Counted from the first letter of the stretch, positions 40,237-50,889 are shown. The stretch: DNA of 64,000 nucleotides from an uncultured Verrucomicrobiae bacterium (GCA_963702845.1 OY969763.1:4384001-4448000), one strand, 5' to 3'. Numbers and translations are program-made. Notes: generated by a model not told the origin, from the letters alone.

Positions 40237-41835
40237 ATGAAACAAACCACTCGTCATCCGCTTGCCCGCATATTCACAACGATAGCTATCGCATTGTTGG
40301 CCATTGTTGGATCAGCTCGCGCCGTCATCGGCACCGCGTATCAAATGCAACTCGGTAATCCGAACGGCGCCATTGCAGATCCAAACAATCACGACCACTA
40401 CCTCGTTCAGCGAACTGTCGAGGCATTTGATTACAGCGATAACCTGGGCGAACCCACCTGGGTGAGCTGGGATTTGACCGCCGCAGACGTCGGCTCCTCG
40501 GGAAGATCCACCACATTTTATACCGACACGAATCTACCTTCCGGCTTCTACGAGGTCAAAGATGCCGACTATACACATTCGGGCTACGACCGCGGCCACA
40601 TGTGCCCGTCGGATGATCGAACCGACACCACCAACGACAACAGAATGGTGTTCTTTATGTCGAACATCTTACCCCAAACCGATGACTTGAACACCGGCCC
40701 GTGGGAAGCATTGGAATCGTTGTGCCGTTCTTTCACCACGTCGAATTATGAAGTGCTCATCATCAGCGGGCCCTCTCATTTCGGCGGATCTAAAATTAAC
40801 ACCAACGGCCCGGTCTATATTCCGGATTACACTTGGAAAATCGCCCTCCCGGTTGCTCCCGGCTCGGGCAGCGTAATCAGCCGAATCACCGCCAGCCAAC
40901 GCGTGATCGCCGTCAAGATGCCAAATATAGTCGGCATTCACGCAATCAAGTGGACCAATTACCTCACCACCATTAACCAAATCCAATCCGACACCGGTTA
41001 CACCTTCCTCACCGCTCTAAGCCCGGCGATTGCCGATGTTCTTCGTGCTAAAATCGACGGCGCCCTTGCCCCGACCTTCCCCAGCTTTTCCCCGAGCAGT
41101 GGCAGTGTCGGCATAGGCGTGACACTCACCGGAACGCATCTCACCGGCACCACAATGGTTAAGTTCAACGGAACAGCCGCGTCGTTTACCGTAAACTCCG
41201 ACACATCGATCAGCGCCACCGTTCCGAGCGGCGCGACCTCCGGAACGATTGCGGTCTACGCACCCGGTGGCTCGGTGACCAGTTCTTCGAGCTTCACCGT
41301 CACGGGTTCCGGCGGCGCGATTGTCGTGATCAGCCAGGTCTACGGCGGTGGCGGCAACAGCGGCGCGACTTATAAAAACGACTTCATCGAGCTCTACAAC
41401 CGGGGCACGGGCAGCGCGGATTTGAGCACCTACGCCGTCCAATACGCTAGCGCCGCTGGTAGCACCTGGTCAGAGACTACACTCAGCGGCACCCTGGCTG
41501 CCGGTCATTATTATTTGATTCAAGAAGCCGCCGGCACCGGTGGAACATTGAACCTGCCCACGCCCGAAGCGATAGGAACCATCTCGATGGCGGCCACCGC
41601 AGGCAAAGCCGCTCTGACAAAAACCACCACTCTCCTGACAGCCGATAATCCGACCGGCAACGGCAACGTCGTCGATTTCATTGGTTACGGCACGGCCGAT
41701 TGTTGGGAAGGTTCCGGCGCTGCACCCGCGCCATCCAACACCACGTCGGACCTGCGCGCTGGAAACGGTGCGACCGACACGGATAACAACGCCTCCGACT
41801 TCGCCACCGGTTCGCCCAATCCGCGAAACAATTAA
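40237..41835 (+). CDS. Secreted DNA/RNA non-specific endonuclease with IPT/TIG and lamin-tail domains
   Basis: Signal peptide, YDRGHMCPS and NILPQ (NucA type), FSPSSG..VTLTG (IPT), VISQVYGGGGNSGA..NDFIELYN (LTD). Confidence 0.9.
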   Translation: MKQTTRHPLARIFTTIAIALLAIVGSARAVIGTAYQMQLGNPNGAIADPNNHDHYLVQRTVEAFDYSDNLGEPTWVSWDLTAADVGSSGRSTTFYTDTNLPSGFYEVKDADYTHSGYDRGHMCPSDDRTDTTNDNRMVFFMSNILPQTDDLNTGPWEALESLCRSFTTSNYEVLIISGPSHFGGSKINTNGPVYIPDYTWKIALPVAPGSGSVISRITASQRVIAVKMPNIVGIHAIKWTNYLTTINQIQSDTGYTFLTALSPAIADVLRAKIDGALAPTFPSFSPSSGSVGIGVTLTGTHLTGTTMVKFNGTAASFTVNSDTSISATVPSGATSGTIAVYAPGGSVTSSSSFTVTGSGGAIVVISQVYGGGGNSGATYKNDFIELYNRGTGSADLSTYAVQYASAAGSTWSETTLSGTLAAGHYYLIQEAAGTGGTLNLPTPEAIGTISMAATAGKAALTKTTTLLTADNPTGNGNVVDFIGYGTADCWEGSGAAPAPSNTTSDLRAGNGATDTDNNASDFATGSPNPRNN

Positions 41836-41855
41836 ATAATTTAGTGGGGATTACA

Positions 41856-41903
41856 AAATCGCCGACCGCGATGCCTTGTTGCATTCCGCGGTCGGCGATT
41901 TAT
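41856..41903. terminator. Long hairpin, probable terminator
   Basis: AAATCGCCGACCGCG...CGCGGTCGGCGATTT, a 15-bp inverted repeat. Confidence 0.7.
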
Positions 41904-41914
41904 TCTCGGACCGC

Positions 41915-43009
41915 ATGAAAACAGCTCCCTTGGCCTTGATTATATCTCTCTTCTCTTTTGCTGCGCTAGCGAACACCGAAATCCCGCTCTGGCCGAATGG
42001 CGCTCCGGGCGCGCTTGGCACAGAACCAAAAGATATCCCGACTCTGACCGTCTATTTACCAACCATGCCGACGGCAGGCTCGACCGCAGCGATGGTCATC
42101 TGTCCCGGTGGCGGTTACGGCGGCCTCGCTCCACACGAAGGCAATGACTACGCGCTGTGGCTCAATGAACAGGGCATCGCCGCGTTCGTTTTGAAATATC
42201 GTTTGGGCAGCGCTGGCTACCGTCATCCTTCAATGTTGCAAGACGCCGCGCGCGCCATCCGCACCGTCCGCGCGCGTGCCAGCGAATGGAACATCGACAC
42301 CAATCGCGTTGGCATCATCGGCTCTTCGGCCGGCGGTCACCTCGCTTCGACGCTGCTCACCCATTTTAACTCCGCCGAAAACAAACCAGCCGATTCCAGC
42401 GATCCAATCGATGCGATCAGTTGCCGTCCCGACCTCGGCGTTGTGTGTTATCCAGTCATCACGATGGACGGCCCTTCCGTACACTCTGGTTCGCGCAAAA
42501 ATCTTTTAGGCGAAAATCCATCACCCGAACTCGTCCACGAACTTTCCAATCAATTTCAGGTTACCAAAGACACACCGCCCACATTCATTTGGCACACCGC
42601 CGAAGATAAAGGCGTTTTGGTGCAGAACAGTTTGATGTTCGCCGAAGCTCTTGCGAAAGCGGGCGTGCCGTTCGAACTCCACGTCTTTGAAAAAGGACCG
42701 CATGGACTCGGCCTGGGCACGCGAAATTACGATCCAACGCATTGGCATCGTTGGACCGGCGATTGCAATGCCTGGCTGATCGAGCACGGTTTCACTCATT
42801 TCCGAATAGAAGGAGGCATGCGTTCCATCGTGGCAAGGCCACCTGTGAGATCGATTCAAGACAAACTTCGCGAGATTCCGACCCGCGAAATTCGGTCGCT
42901 CGACGATGTAAATACTCGACCAGTGGCCCCTCGGCCCGCAGTAGCACCTCCAGCACGTCCAAGACTGCCCGCGCCGGAACCGATCGTAGTGCCACAAGGC
43001 GCACCATAA
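41915..43009 (+). CDS. Exported alpha/beta hydrolase (carbohydrate esterase-like)
   Basis: CPGGGY, GSSAGG nucleophile elbow, D and HGLG catalytic residues, Pro-rich tail. Confidence 0.88.
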   Translation: MKTAPLALIISLFSFAALANTEIPLWPNGAPGALGTEPKDIPTLTVYLPTMPTAGSTAAMVICPGGGYGGLAPHEGNDYALWLNEQGIAAFVLKYRLGSAGYRHPSMLQDAARAIRTVRARASEWNIDTNRVGIIGSSAGGHLASTLLTHFNSAENKPADSSDPIDAISCRPDLGVVCYPVITMDGPSVHSGSRKNLLGENPSPELVHELSNQFQVTKDTPPTFIWHTAEDKGVLVQNSLMFAEALAKAGVPFELHVFEKGPHGLGLGTRNYDPTHWHRWTGDCNAWLIEHGFTHFRIEGGMRSIVARPPVRSIQDKLREIPTREIRSLDDVNTRPVAPRPAVAPPARPRLPAPEPIVVPQGAP

Positions 43010-43124
43010 ACCACGCGTTGCCAGCGGCGCTAAATCAATTTGCCGGTAGGCCGTCGCTGCCGCACATCGGTTCGAAAATCAGACTTACTGTCGTCCTATT
43101 TCTCTTGCTGTCTTGGTGGTTCGA

Positions 43125-43598
43125 CTAATCCCGCACGGCAACCTCGTGCGACGCACGCGCATTGATTTCCGAAAACCTCTTCCGCGTCCACTGCAACCGT
43201 TGCAATAACACCTGCGAAATCCGCTTCATCAACTCGTAACCAAACGCCGGGCTCTCATCGCATTGCTCGCGTAGACGAGTGCCGTAATAGAACGTTGCCG
43301 TCGTCCTCTTGACTGCACGCGCGCCGAAGTGCCAGTAATAAGGCGGATAGAGCCACGACCAGCCGATCACGTCGCCCGGTCCGGCCTTCTGGATGAGGAC
43401 AAGCCGTTCGCCGTTGATGTCCGCCTCCAGATCGACTTCGCCGCAATGGATCAGGTAAAAACGATTCGCAGGTTCGCCTTCCCGAAAAATCACGTCCCCG
43501 GGCTCGAACTGTGCGTGCATCGACGCTCCTTCAAGTATCTTCAGATACTCATCCGGCATTCCTTTCAGGAATGGATGTACTTCAGGGTCAGCTTTCAT
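43125..43598 (-). CDS. Stand-alone cyclic nucleotide-binding domain protein
   Basis: IFREGEPANRFYLI..G.V, GPGDVIGWSWL. No HTH. Confidence 0.87.
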   Translation of the reverse strand: MKADPEVHPFLKGMPDEYLKILEGASMHAQFEPGDVIFREGEPANRFYLIHCGEVDLEADINGERLVLIQKAGPGDVIGWSWLYPPYYWHFGARAVKRTTATFYYGTRLREQCDESPAFGYELMKRISQVLLQRLQWTRKRFSEINARASHEVAVRD

Positions 43599-43673
43599 AC
43601 TAAGCAGGATAATTCACTTATCAGCGCTGCACTTCGCAAATTTTGCCCGAACATAAGCTGATCTTGACCAGTG

Positions 43674-45584
43674 CTAAAAATCAGAGATTTCACGCGGCGG
43701 CAACGCAGCGCGCAACGCGTTCAACACCGCAATGACATCAATGATCTCCTGGGTAATCGCACCGGCGACTGGAGGCAGAATTCCGGCTGCGCCCGCAAAC
43801 ATTCCCGCGATGCTCAACACCATCCCGCCCACTGCGGTCTGCAGGGCGATGTTGCGCATGTTCTTCCCAATGTGCAGCAATTCATCAACGCGACGCAGGT
43901 CCCCTTCCATGATCACAACCGACGCAGCCGCCGCGGTGACATCTGTATTGTGACCGATCGCTACCGGCACCGTCGACGCGAGCATCGCCGGCGCATCGTT
44001 GAGACCGTCGCCGACATAAAGCGTATTCGCACGCGCCGTTTCGCGTTTAACAATCGCAAGTTTTTGTTCCGGGGTTTGTTCCGCACGCACTTCGGTAATG
44101 CCAACCTCATCCGCCAAATAGCGCACCTCTGATTCGCAATCGCCTGAAACCAGCATCAGTTTGTCAAACGCGTGCTTGGGCCCAAGATGTTGAATGAACG
44201 AAACCCCTTCCTGACGCGGCGCATCTCGAAAATGAAACGTCGCCGCGTATTGTTCATCCAGCATCAGCACACATTCAAGACCGCCCGAGGGCTTCGGAAG
44301 TTCCCCGCGCATTTCCGCCGGCAACTTACCGCGGCTCGTCAAACGCACGCGATGTCCCTGCACCAAACCGGTTAGTCCACGCCCCGGCGTTTCGTTGATC
44401 TCTTCGGCTTCCGGTGCAGAAATATTTTTCTCCTTCGCCGCGCCGACAATCGCAAGCGCCAGCGGATGTTTCGAATACTTCTCCAAACTCGCCGCAAATG
44501 CGAGCGCTTGCGCCGGGTCAATCTTGCGAGCGGTATGTTGCGTCGTCAGTTTTGGCCGGCCGTACGTCAACGTGCCGGTTTTATCAAAAATCGCCGTCGC
44601 GCATCGGCTGATTCGTTCCAGTGCCACCGGATTTTTGATAATGATTCCGCGTCGTGCCGCCAGCGAAACCGACCCGATAATCGCCACTGGAATTCCAATC
44701 AACAACGGGCACGGTGTCGCCACCACCAGCACTGATAAAAACCGCATTGAGTCGCCGCTCCACACCCACGCTCCACCAGCAATCGCCAATGCGATGGGTG
44801 TATAGATCGCTCCCAGTTGATCGCCGATCCGCCGGAGCTTAGGCCGATTCGACTCAGACGCCCGCATCACTTCCATGATTTTCGCGTAACGCGAATCAAC
44901 CGCTTTCTTGGTCGCACGAATCGTCAACGCGGATTCCCCATTCACCGAGCCGGAGATCACTGCTACGCCCGGTGCCTTTTCCATTTGAAACGGTTCACCG
45001 GTCAAAAACGATTCGTCCATCGACCCATGCCCTTCGATGACCTGCCCATCAACCGGACACGTCTCGTGCGGATAAATGACGATGCTGTCGCCGATGTCGA
45101 TTTGATCGACGCGAATGTCATCAATCTGCGCCTGGCTTTTTCGATGCGCCACCGACGGCATGCGCCGCGCCAACGCCAGCAACACCGAGGACGCGTGCGC
45201 GACCGCATATGCCTCCAACGCTTCGCCACCAGAAAGCATCAGCACGACAATGGCACCCGCGAGGTATTCATGGAGAATTGCTGCAGTGACAATCGAGATT
45301 CCGGCAAGCAAATCGGAGCCGAATTGCCCACGAGTCGCCTTGTAAACTAGTTCGCCAACCAGTGGAAGTCCGCCGATAGCCAGCGTCGCAAGCAGCGGCC
45401 AGTTGTAAACCTGGGGTGTTGCAGAAAATCCAAATCGCAGAACCAAGTGCGCCGCGATACCGACAAGCGCGATGCTAGCGATGCCGACATCTCTGAACTC
45501 CCAAAACCTGCGCCAACCATATGGCGTGACCGCAAGTTCTTCGGGCGCCGGCGAGCACTCTGATTCAGCCGGAGAAGTCTGCAT
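43674..45584 (-). CDS. Heavy-metal P1B-type ATPase (P1B-5 signature)
   Basis: LTGEP, ATPCP, DKTGTLT, HP, GDGLNDAP and QEIID in the last TM. Confidence 0.92.
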   Translation of the reverse strand: MQTSPAESECSPAPEELAVTPYGWRRFWEFRDVGIASIALVGIAAHLVLRFGFSATPQVYNWPLLATLAIGGLPLVGELVYKATRGQFGSDLLAGISIVTAAILHEYLAGAIVVLMLSGGEALEAYAVAHASSVLLALARRMPSVAHRKSQAQIDDIRVDQIDIGDSIVIYPHETCPVDGQVIEGHGSMDESFLTGEPFQMEKAPGVAVISGSVNGESALTIRATKKAVDSRYAKIMEVMRASESNRPKLRRIGDQLGAIYTPIALAIAGGAWVWSGDSMRFLSVLVVATPCPLLIGIPVAIIGSVSLAARRGIIIKNPVALERISRCATAIFDKTGTLTYGRPKLTTQHTARKIDPAQALAFAASLEKYSKHPLALAIVGAAKEKNISAPEAEEINETPGRGLTGLVQGHRVRLTSRGKLPAEMRGELPKPSGGLECVLMLDEQYAATFHFRDAPRQEGVSFIQHLGPKHAFDKLMLVSGDCESEVRYLADEVGITEVRAEQTPEQKLAIVKRETARANTLYVGDGLNDAPAMLASTVPVAIGHNTDVTAAAASVVIMEGDLRRVDELLHIGKNMRNIALQTAVGGMVLSIAGMFAGAAGILPPVAGAITQEIIDVIAVLNALRAALPPREISDF

Positions 45585-45705
45585 CAAACTAATCTCGCAC
45601 CGAACCCAACTCAGACTCTCCGTCTTGTGCCATTGGCTAACCCACTATTGCCATCTCAGCCCGTGGTAGGGCGGGTCGCTCCGCGCCCGCCGCAGTCCTC
45701 ACCTA

Positions 45706-45745
45706 AAAAGGAATAAGCCGGGAACTTGGTTGTAGTTCCCGGCTT
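45706..45745 (-). terminator. Terminator downstream of nrdJ
   Basis: AAGCCGGGAACT-7nt-AGTTCCCGGCTT followed by a T-rich tract on the minus strand. Confidence 0.7.
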
Positions 45746-45787
45746 CGGTTCCTCCTGACGGTTCCCGACAATTCCCCACCTCACAAA

Positions 45788-48700
45788 TTATGAGCAGCCC
45801 AGGCTCTCGCCGCAGTTCAGGCACTTGTAACACGCGCCGTTGCGCACCGCGACGTGACCGCAGTTCGGACAGGTCGGCGCGTCCAATTGGAAGTGTGCCA
45901 CGCTCTCGCTCAAAGTCGTCACCTGATGCGAATGTCCATGCGTTTTACCATGTCCATTGCCGGAGGTGACGTCCGAGGCCTTCAGCACAACATCAGTGTC
46001 ATCCGCTGAAATCGGCAGATCAGGCACTGGCCGATTTATCTTTTTTTTAACCTCTTCCATCAAACCAGGCATCGCCAGCTCCGGTTGACTGCGCGACGCC
46101 GCGTTCGCATCGCGATAACCAGGAATGAACTGCAGCGCCAGCCAACGGAATACGTAATCGATGATCGACGCCGCATTGCGGATTTCCGGATTCTTCGTGA
46201 ACCCGGACGGTTCGAAACGTTGATGCGCGAACTTCTTCAATAAAGCCTCCATCGGCACGCCATACTGCAGCGCGAGGCTGGTAAGCGTGCCGATGCAGTC
46301 CATCAATCCCCCGATCGTCGACCCCTCCTTGGCCATGGTAATAAAGAGTTCGCCCGGCAGGCCGTTTTCAAACAGGCCCACCGTCAAATAACCTTCGTGA
46401 CCCGCAATATCAAATTTGTGCGTCATCGCCTCGCGCGTATCCGGCAAGCGCCGGCGCAAGGGTTGACCTGCTTCAATGCGAAGCTTCTCAACTTCCGTCT
46501 GTAAATCCTTCAGTTGATCCGCCATCGAAGTGACCTCGCCACCTTCGTTGGTCTTCTTCGTGTTCAACGGCTGCGAACGTTTCGAGCCGTCGCGATAAAT
46601 CGCCACACACTTCAAACCCATTTTCCAGGCTTGAACATACGCGTCTTGAATGTCTTCAACCGTGCAATCGTTCGGCAAATTGACCGTCTTCGAAATCGCA
46701 CCGCTGATAAACGGCTGGGTCGCACCCATCATTTTCAGGTGCGCCATGTAGCTGATGCTGCGTTTGCCGCGATACGCTTTGAACGCGCAATCAAACACCG
46801 ACAAATGCTCTGCCTTCAACCCACTTTGGATTGGCGTGCCGTTTTCATCGACGTCTTCGATCGTATCGAATTTCTCAATGTGCGCGACGATATGTTTAAC
46901 CTGCGCGTCATTGTAACCCATGCGCTTGAGCGCTCCGGGAACGGTCTGATTGACAATCTTCAACATGCCGCCGCCGGCGAGCAGTTTGTATTTCACCAAC
47001 GCGATGTCAGGCTCGACACCTGTCGTGTCGCAATCCATCAGGAACGCAATCGTTCCCGTCGGCGCGAGCACCGTGACCTGCGCATTGCGATAACCAACGA
47101 CCGTCTTGTTGACTTGGGTCTGCCCATTGGTCAACGCGCGCGTCCAACAATTGCGCGCTTCGTCTTTCAAATATGCAAACTCCGGCGCGGGATCGATGTT
47201 CTCGACCGCATCGCGATGTTGTTTGATCACGCCGAACATCGATTCAACGTTGTCCGTCTTCAGCGGTTTCGAAACATGCGAGCAACGCGCATCATGGAAC
47301 CCTTCAAATGCGCCTTTAACTTTCGCCATTTCAGCCGACTGCTCGTAAGCCGTGCCGGTCATCATCGCCGAAATCGAACCCGCCAACGCCCGACCAGCAT
47401 CCGAGTCATACGCCAAACCATAGCTCATCACGAGCGAGCCAAGGTTCGCGAAACCGAGACCGAGCGTGCGGTAAATGTGCGAGTTCTCCGCGATTTCTTT
47501 CGTCGGGTAACTCGCGTTGTCGACCACGATTTCCTGCGCGGTGATGAAAATCTTCACTGCCGCCTGGAACCGTTCGTAGTCGAAGCGTCCATCCGCACGC
47601 TTGAACTTCATCAAGTTCAGCGACGCGAGATTGCACGCGGTGTTGTTCAGGAACACATATTCCGAGCACGGATTCGTCGAATGAATCGGCTCAGTGCCTT
47701 TGCAAGTGTGCCAGCGCTGGATCGCGCCGTCGTATTGCAAACCGGGATCGCCGCAAATCCATGTGCCTTCGGCGATCTTGTGCAACAAAGTCTTCGCATC
47801 TTTTTTCTGGAGCGGCTTGCCGTCCGTCACGCGGCGCGTCCACCACTCTTTACCATCCATCGCCGCCTGCATGAACTCATCGCTCACGCGCACCGATAAA
47901 TTTTCATTCTGATACATGACGCTGCCGTAGGCCTCGCCATTGTAAGAACCGTCATAGCCCTGCTCGATCAACGACCACGCCTTCTTCTCTTCCTTCTGCT
48001 TGGCGTCGATAAATTCTTCGATGTCACCGTGCCAATCGCGCAACGTGTTCATCTTTGCCGCGCGACGCGTCTTGCCACCGGACTTCACCACATTCGCGAC
48101 CTGGTCGTAAACGCGCAAAAACGAAAGCGGACCGCTCGGACGACCGCCACCGCTCAATTTCTCACGGCTGGAACGCAACGGGCTCAAATCCGTGCCCGTG
48201 CCGGAACCAAACTTGAACAACATCGCCTCGCTCGACGCGAGTTGCATGATGCTCTCCATGTTGTCATCGACAGATTGGATGAAGCACGCGCTGCCTTGCG
48301 GATATTCGTATTGCGTGTTCGCTCGTTCGCCCTGGCCAGTCTTCGGGTTATAAAACCACATACCGCGCGCGGAATTTTTCCCGATGCCGTATTGATGATA
48401 CAAACCGACATTAAACCAAACCGGCGAGTTGAACGCGCCAAATTGATTGATGCAAAGCCAGGTCAGCTCTTCATAAAAAATCTCGCCGCGCACCGCGTCG
48501 AAATAACCGTCGCGAATACCAAAATCAGCGATCGTGCGACAAACGCGATGAATCAATTGGCGCGCCGATGTTTCGCGCTCGGGCGTATTTAGTTCGCCGT
48601 AAAAATATTTCGACACCACGACCTTCGTCGCGAGCACCGACCATGCCTTCGGCACTTCGACATTTTCCTGTTTGAAAATGACCTTGCCAGCGTCATCGGT

Positions 48701-48919
48701 GATTTCGGCCGTGCGTTTGTCCCATTCGATTTGATCGAACGGCTTGGTTTTCGCATCGCTAAAAATCCGCTTGATCTCAAGGGATTTGCCGCTGCCGGAT
48801 TTGGTTGCCTGGCTGCGGTTGGCGTTGCGTTGAATCTGCCCTCTGCTGGTGCCGCGCTGGGTTTTGCGACGGCTGCTGTGTTGTTGGGGGGATACGAGCT
48901 GATCGCGTGTATCAATCAT
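45788..48919 (-). CDS. nrdJ: Class II (adenosylcobalamin-dependent) ribonucleotide reductase
   Basis: FNSPVWFN, SACFI, TNPCSE, APTGT, GAISKTVN, YRDGSK, C-terminal TSCPD-like domain and CPNC..CLNC. Confidence 0.96.
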   Translation of the reverse strand: MIDTRDQLVSPQQHSSRRKTQRGTSRGQIQRNANRSQATKSGSGKSLEIKRIFSDAKTKPFDQIEWDKRTAEITDDAGKVIFKQENVEVPKAWSVLATKVVVSKYFYGELNTPERETSARQLIHRVCRTIADFGIRDGYFDAVRGEIFYEELTWLCINQFGAFNSPVWFNVGLYHQYGIGKNSARGMWFYNPKTGQGERANTQYEYPQGSACFIQSVDDNMESIMQLASSEAMLFKFGSGTGTDLSPLRSSREKLSGGGRPSGPLSFLRVYDQVANVVKSGGKTRRAAKMNTLRDWHGDIEEFIDAKQKEEKKAWSLIEQGYDGSYNGEAYGSVMYQNENLSVRVSDEFMQAAMDGKEWWTRRVTDGKPLQKKDAKTLLHKIAEGTWICGDPGLQYDGAIQRWHTCKGTEPIHSTNPCSEYVFLNNTACNLASLNLMKFKRADGRFDYERFQAAVKIFITAQEIVVDNASYPTKEIAENSHIYRTLGLGFANLGSLVMSYGLAYDSDAGRALAGSISAMMTGTAYEQSAEMAKVKGAFEGFHDARCSHVSKPLKTDNVESMFGVIKQHRDAVENIDPAPEFAYLKDEARNCWTRALTNGQTQVNKTVVGYRNAQVTVLAPTGTIAFLMDCDTTGVEPDIALVKYKLLAGGGMLKIVNQTVPGALKRMGYNDAQVKHIVAHIEKFDTIEDVDENGTPIQSGLKAEHLSVFDCAFKAYRGKRSISYMAHLKMMGATQPFISGAISKTVNLPNDCTVEDIQDAYVQAWKMGLKCVAIYRDGSKRSQPLNTKKTNEGGEVTSMADQLKDLQTEVEKLRIEAGQPLRRRLPDTREAMTHKFDIAGHEGYLTVGLFENGLPGELFITMAKEGSTIGGLMDCIGTLTSLALQYGVPMEALLKKFAHQRFEPSGFTKNPEIRNAASIIDYVFRWLALQFIPGYRDANAASRSQPELAMPGLMEEVKKKINRPVPDLPISADDTDVVLKASDVTSGNGHGKTHGHSHQVTTLSESVAHFQLDAPTCPNCGHVAVRNGACYKCLNCGESLGCS

Positions 48920-49065
48920 TGCCGTTCCTATCTATTTAAAATTGCCAAAAAAATGCATTCGAGACGCAAACACCGTTTGCAACCTGCCTGAACCGTTCAG
49001 GCGCCGCGAATGACGGAAAACTGCTACTCCCGAAAGCATTTCAGCGGCTTCGGAGCCGCCGGTTT

Positions 49066-49113
49066 ATACCCTCTATTGGGAGTGCCCCGCAACATACCCA
49101 CCACCTGTTGTGG
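49066..49113. promoter_or_regulatory. Tandem NrdR boxes (putative)
   Basis: Imperfect 16-bp palindromes CCACCACCTGTTGTGG (49098-49113) and ATACCCTCTATTGGGA (49066-49081), 32 bp apart, upstream of nrdJ. Confidence 0.6.
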
Positions 49114-49149
49114 TGTAAAGAAATTTTTGAAAAAAAGTTATTAGGCGAG

Positions 49150-49237
49150 TTATCCCCAAGAAAACCAGCAGTTTACCCAATAAAACATTCACTTTTTACC
49201 CTTTGTGAACAAGTGCCCCTATACAAAATGTGGATAA
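49150..49237. promoter_or_regulatory. DnaA boxes upstream of nrdJ
   Basis: TGTGGATAA perfect (49229-49237), TTATCCCCA (49150-49158), TGTGAACAA (49204-49212). Confidence 0.65.
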
Positions 49238-49337
49238 CTTTTTGAGGTGGGGACGATCGCGCGGTTCGTGGCAGCGAACATCAAAACAATTTGTTCATTT
49301 CTCCCGTCGTCCTCGTCCCCTCCTCCCCACACCAACC

Positions 49338-49810
49338 TTTTTCCTGTATTTCGCTTGGGCTGCGCAAACTTGGCTCGGTGCAAACGCTTCCGCCATCTGA
49401 GTTCTCTCAACCCTCAACCGCGTGGTTCCATTCAACAACCCCAAAGGGGTTAAATAACTCAGCCCAGGGCCACGCGAAGCGTCTTCGAATAATTTGTTCT
49501 CATGTGAGGAGGGCTGCGGGGCTCTACCCTGGGTAAAACACCCAAAACGAAGTTTCACGACAACGCGACGGAGGAGTTAACCATTCCCTCATTACCTCCC
49601 GAACGTTTTTCGTGTATTCCGCTGGGCCCGCGCAAACGTGCCGCGTGCAAACGCTCGCGCCTTGGAGTTCCATCAACCCTCAACTCTCAACCGTCTTCCG
49701 CGACATGAATGTAGCCCGGCGTTTCGCGAGCCGGAAGTTCCGGCGCCGGGATCAACCATCCAAAACGAAGTTTCACGACCGCGCGACGAAGGAGTTAACA
49801 AAAGTTCGTG
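49338..49810. repeat. Two tandem composite repeat modules, each ending in a conserved 40-mer
   Basis: TTTTTC.TGTATT.CGCT..GCGCAAAC..TGCAAACGCT..TCAACCCTCAAC at about 49338 and 49606. 40-mers at 49542-49581 and 49760-49799. Confidence 0.85.
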
Positions 49811-49875
49811 CCTCCCTCTCCTCCGTGTTTTTATCACTTTGCCGGTCGGCCCCAAGATACGTCAGTACCTGCAGG

Positions 49876-50889
49876 TCACCACCAACGGCCCGTTTTATAA
49901 AACTTCGTTTTCATCGGATGCTGCGGCACTTTGCCTTCAGCACCGATGACCCTCACCTCCTCGTTGGCATATTCAGCCCATAACTCTCCCTTGACGGATT
50001 TCGCCAATGTCCGCATTGGTGCCCCATTCGACATTCGTTCATAAGTAAGCAGGCATACCCATCGTTCGTCCTGATACACCCTCGTCTCCTTTGTCCACCC
50101 GTTCTCGTCATACGAATAACGAAAGCTTAAAGTATGGCCTCCGTTTTCTGAATACCATTGGTTCGTCATTACCCCGGAACAATAGTCGGCACCACTGAGA
50201 ATATTCCGGCCCTTGTCGTAATTTTTGCGTGAGACAAGGTTACCGTACGCATTATAAAGACATTCACTCCTGCAGCGTAGCTCTTTTCCGATAAACTCCT
50301 TTAGTGACGTTTCCATACCGCTGGCAGCGTCATACGTCGTGTCGACAATTCTGGCACCCTCCACGGGATTGCTTGTCCTCGTGCGAACAAGAATATCGTT
50401 TTGGTTGAAGATCAGAACCTCCTGCAAGCGCAAAGTATCGTGACGGTCGTATTTCAGCACCAGAACCCGATTGGTCTTGTACTCGAACGTGCTATACGCG
50501 GTCACCTGGTTATCACTCGTCAAGAACTCCAGCTTCTTTATGCAGCCATTGGTTCCATACGTGACGTTCACAACCTCGTTCGTTTTGCCGTGAGCAATGA
50601 TCATCCACCTATCCGGCACTTTTTTGTCACCAGAGTATTCGTATCGGTTCTCCATAGTTTGCACCCCATCCTGAAATGCCGTTGTCCTCACCCGCCGCCC
50701 CTGGGCATCCTCCTCCACGTCGTATCGCCTTCCGAAATTCGGCGCGCCGAGCAAATCACCGACGAATTCGGCGAAACCACATTTTTTGCGGAGCTGGTAG
50801 CGGAAGGAGTGAGTCGTCGCGTGAACGCAGGACGCGAACGCCAGCCATCCGGCCGTGAATACAAAAGCCAGAGTGGCACGTTGACCCAT
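49876..50889 (-). CDS. Exported hypothetical protein with YD/RHS-like beta repeats
   Basis: Signal-like N-terminus MGQRATLAFVFTAGWLAFASCVHA, repeated Y(D/N)xxG turns (YDAASG, YNAYG, YDKG, YDENG). Confidence 0.65.
   Translation of the reverse strand: MGQRATLAFVFTAGWLAFASCVHATTHSFRYQLRKKCGFAEFVGDLLGAPNFGRRYDVEEDAQGRRVRTTAFQDGVQTMENRYEYSGDKKVPDRWMIIAHGKTNEVVNVTYGTNGCIKKLEFLTSDNQVTAYSTFEYKTNRVLVLKYDRHDTLRLQEVLIFNQNDILVRTRTSNPVEGARIVDTTYDAASGMETSLKEFIGKELRCRSECLYNAYGNLVSRKNYDKGRNILSGADYCSGVMTNQWYSENGGHTLSFRYSYDENGWTKETRVYQDERWVCLLTYERMSNGAPMRTLAKSVKGELWAEYANEEVRVIGAEGKVPQHPMKTKFYKTGRWW

Noticed and set aside
46514..47899. Long antisense ORFs (e.g. 46514-47899, 58795-59979, 4135-5148)
   Set aside because: Shadow frames of well-supported genes, expected from GC-rich codon usage.
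49140..49240. Chromosomal origin (oriC)
   Set aside because: Only three DnaA-like boxes, with no dnaA, dnaN or gidA context. Regulation of nrdJ is the simpler explanation.
48920..49240. Cobalamin riboswitch upstream of B12-dependent nrdJ
   Set aside because: No B12-box or GGGAA..GCCCCCGCAACTGT-type core found on the coding strand.
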